From contig JAHRHZ010000009.1 in NCBI GenBank assembly GCA_024137785.1, positions 27,867,912 through 27,931,911 of the forward strand: a stretch of 64,000 nt of DNA, written 5' to 3'. This DNA comes from Ginglymostoma cirratum. Lineage: Eukaryota. Shown piece after piece: positions 62,965 to 64,000 of this stretch; the first letter of the stretch is position 1; each line of letters begins with the position of its first letter. The notes beneath the pieces were generated by a model, which did not search any database, was not told the origin of the DNA, and worked only from the letters and a program-made list of their open reading frames with translations. Made by a program: the position numbers and the translations under genes.

Positions 62965-63735
62965 TTAAGAACATAAGAATGAACAAGAGCATAAAGAAAA
63001 TTATTTCAGCTCATTTGGTTACTTATGCCAACAATGCAGAATTCAGAAATCATTGCCTATATCCTGTAATTAATTTTGTTTAAAATCTCTATGCAATGCA
63101 TTTTAAAATCACCAATGTTCTAAATATTTACCACTCTGAGTGTGAAACATTTGTATCCAATTTCTTCCTTCTTTTGAGCTTCATCCAATGTACTCTGTTT
63201 GTCAGTTTGTTAGGTTCAAATAGCTGATCCTGTCAAAGTCTTGAGCATTTTAATAACTTTACTGTCTTCATTTCCTTTTCTGTAGTGTAACAAATTTTAC
63301 ATCTCTCGGACTAGTTATCAGATATTAGTCAACTGTTGTGATATTATTTCTCTATTAAAGTGAACAGAACTGCATTCAGAATAGATTAGAAATGGATGTT
63401 TAGACTCTGTATCATAAACTATTGCTTCTGTTTTATTAGTTTGTGCTTTGCAAATCAAGATCCTATCTGTTTATTTATCAACAATAAATTCAACAATTTT
63501 AGAAAATATATAAATGTTATAAAGTTTGCTGATCTAGAGCTTTCTTCAATAATTTTGCAATTTTGAAGGAATCCGTCTTAATAACAATTATTTTGCCAAC
63601 CATTTTCTACTCATTCCAATGAAATTCTTAATACATAATTTATAGTATATCTAAATGATAGTCCCAAATCTGAAATTAATGTGACAAATTTAGTAGTTTG
63701 TTAATGAATGAGTCAGTGTAATGCAAACACCTTGG
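62965..63735 (-). mobile_element. Very old CR1-like remnant
   Basis: Starts agaacataagaa (tail-like) and retains cagaactgcattcag and tgcaaacacc in the order expected for an antisense CR1. Confidence 0.35.
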
Positions 63736-64000
63736 TAGAATTCACAAAAGATCAAAAGTTGCTGTTGGTCTTAAAGAAGAACTCAAAGAAAACATGAGTA
63801 ATATAGGAGCACAGTGAGGTCAACCATACATATGTAGAAAGATTTAAAAATAATTGCCTAAAGACCATGATAACAGAGAAATGTTAAATGATATACAAAG
63901 TGAGCAGATGAAATGAAAATCCTGAAGGGCTATGCATAGGATATTATACACAGGCTGATGAAAAGTAAGAAATCAAGAAATTGCCATGGATGAAATGTCC

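Noticed and set aside
1-64000. CRISPR array or prokaryotic RT system (retron, DGR)
   Set aside because: No regularly spaced repeats or operons; all RT pieces are eukaryotic non-LTR retrotransposon type.

Overview
Eukaryotic, AT-rich, apparently gene-free (intergenic or deep-intronic) DNA, most likely from a cartilaginous fish (shark); this is inferred from the repeat repertoire. I could not support any host protein-coding exon, tRNA or rRNA. Nearly all long ORFs in the track are decayed CR1-clade LINE ORF1/ORF2 pieces or their antisense shadows. The window holds many CR1 copies (one near-full-length at ~7448-12160 on minus, one covering ORF2 at ~49915-54121 on plus), tRNA-derived and Deu-domain SINEs, PIF/Harbinger fossils, a probable solo LTR and a 400-N gap. 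The most notable signal is about a dozen minimal type-I hammerhead-ribozyme motifs (CUGANGA-stem II-GAAA-short palindrome-NUH). They sit in Penelope-like (PLE) pseudo-LTR fragments of about four sequence families, several forming inverted fold-back insertions. One TSD-flanked insertion has two same-strand hammerheads bracketing a ~0.94 kb unit with no visible RT or endonuclease, a retrozyme-like architecture. Boundaries of old repeats are approximate and family names rest on motif recognition, not database searches.
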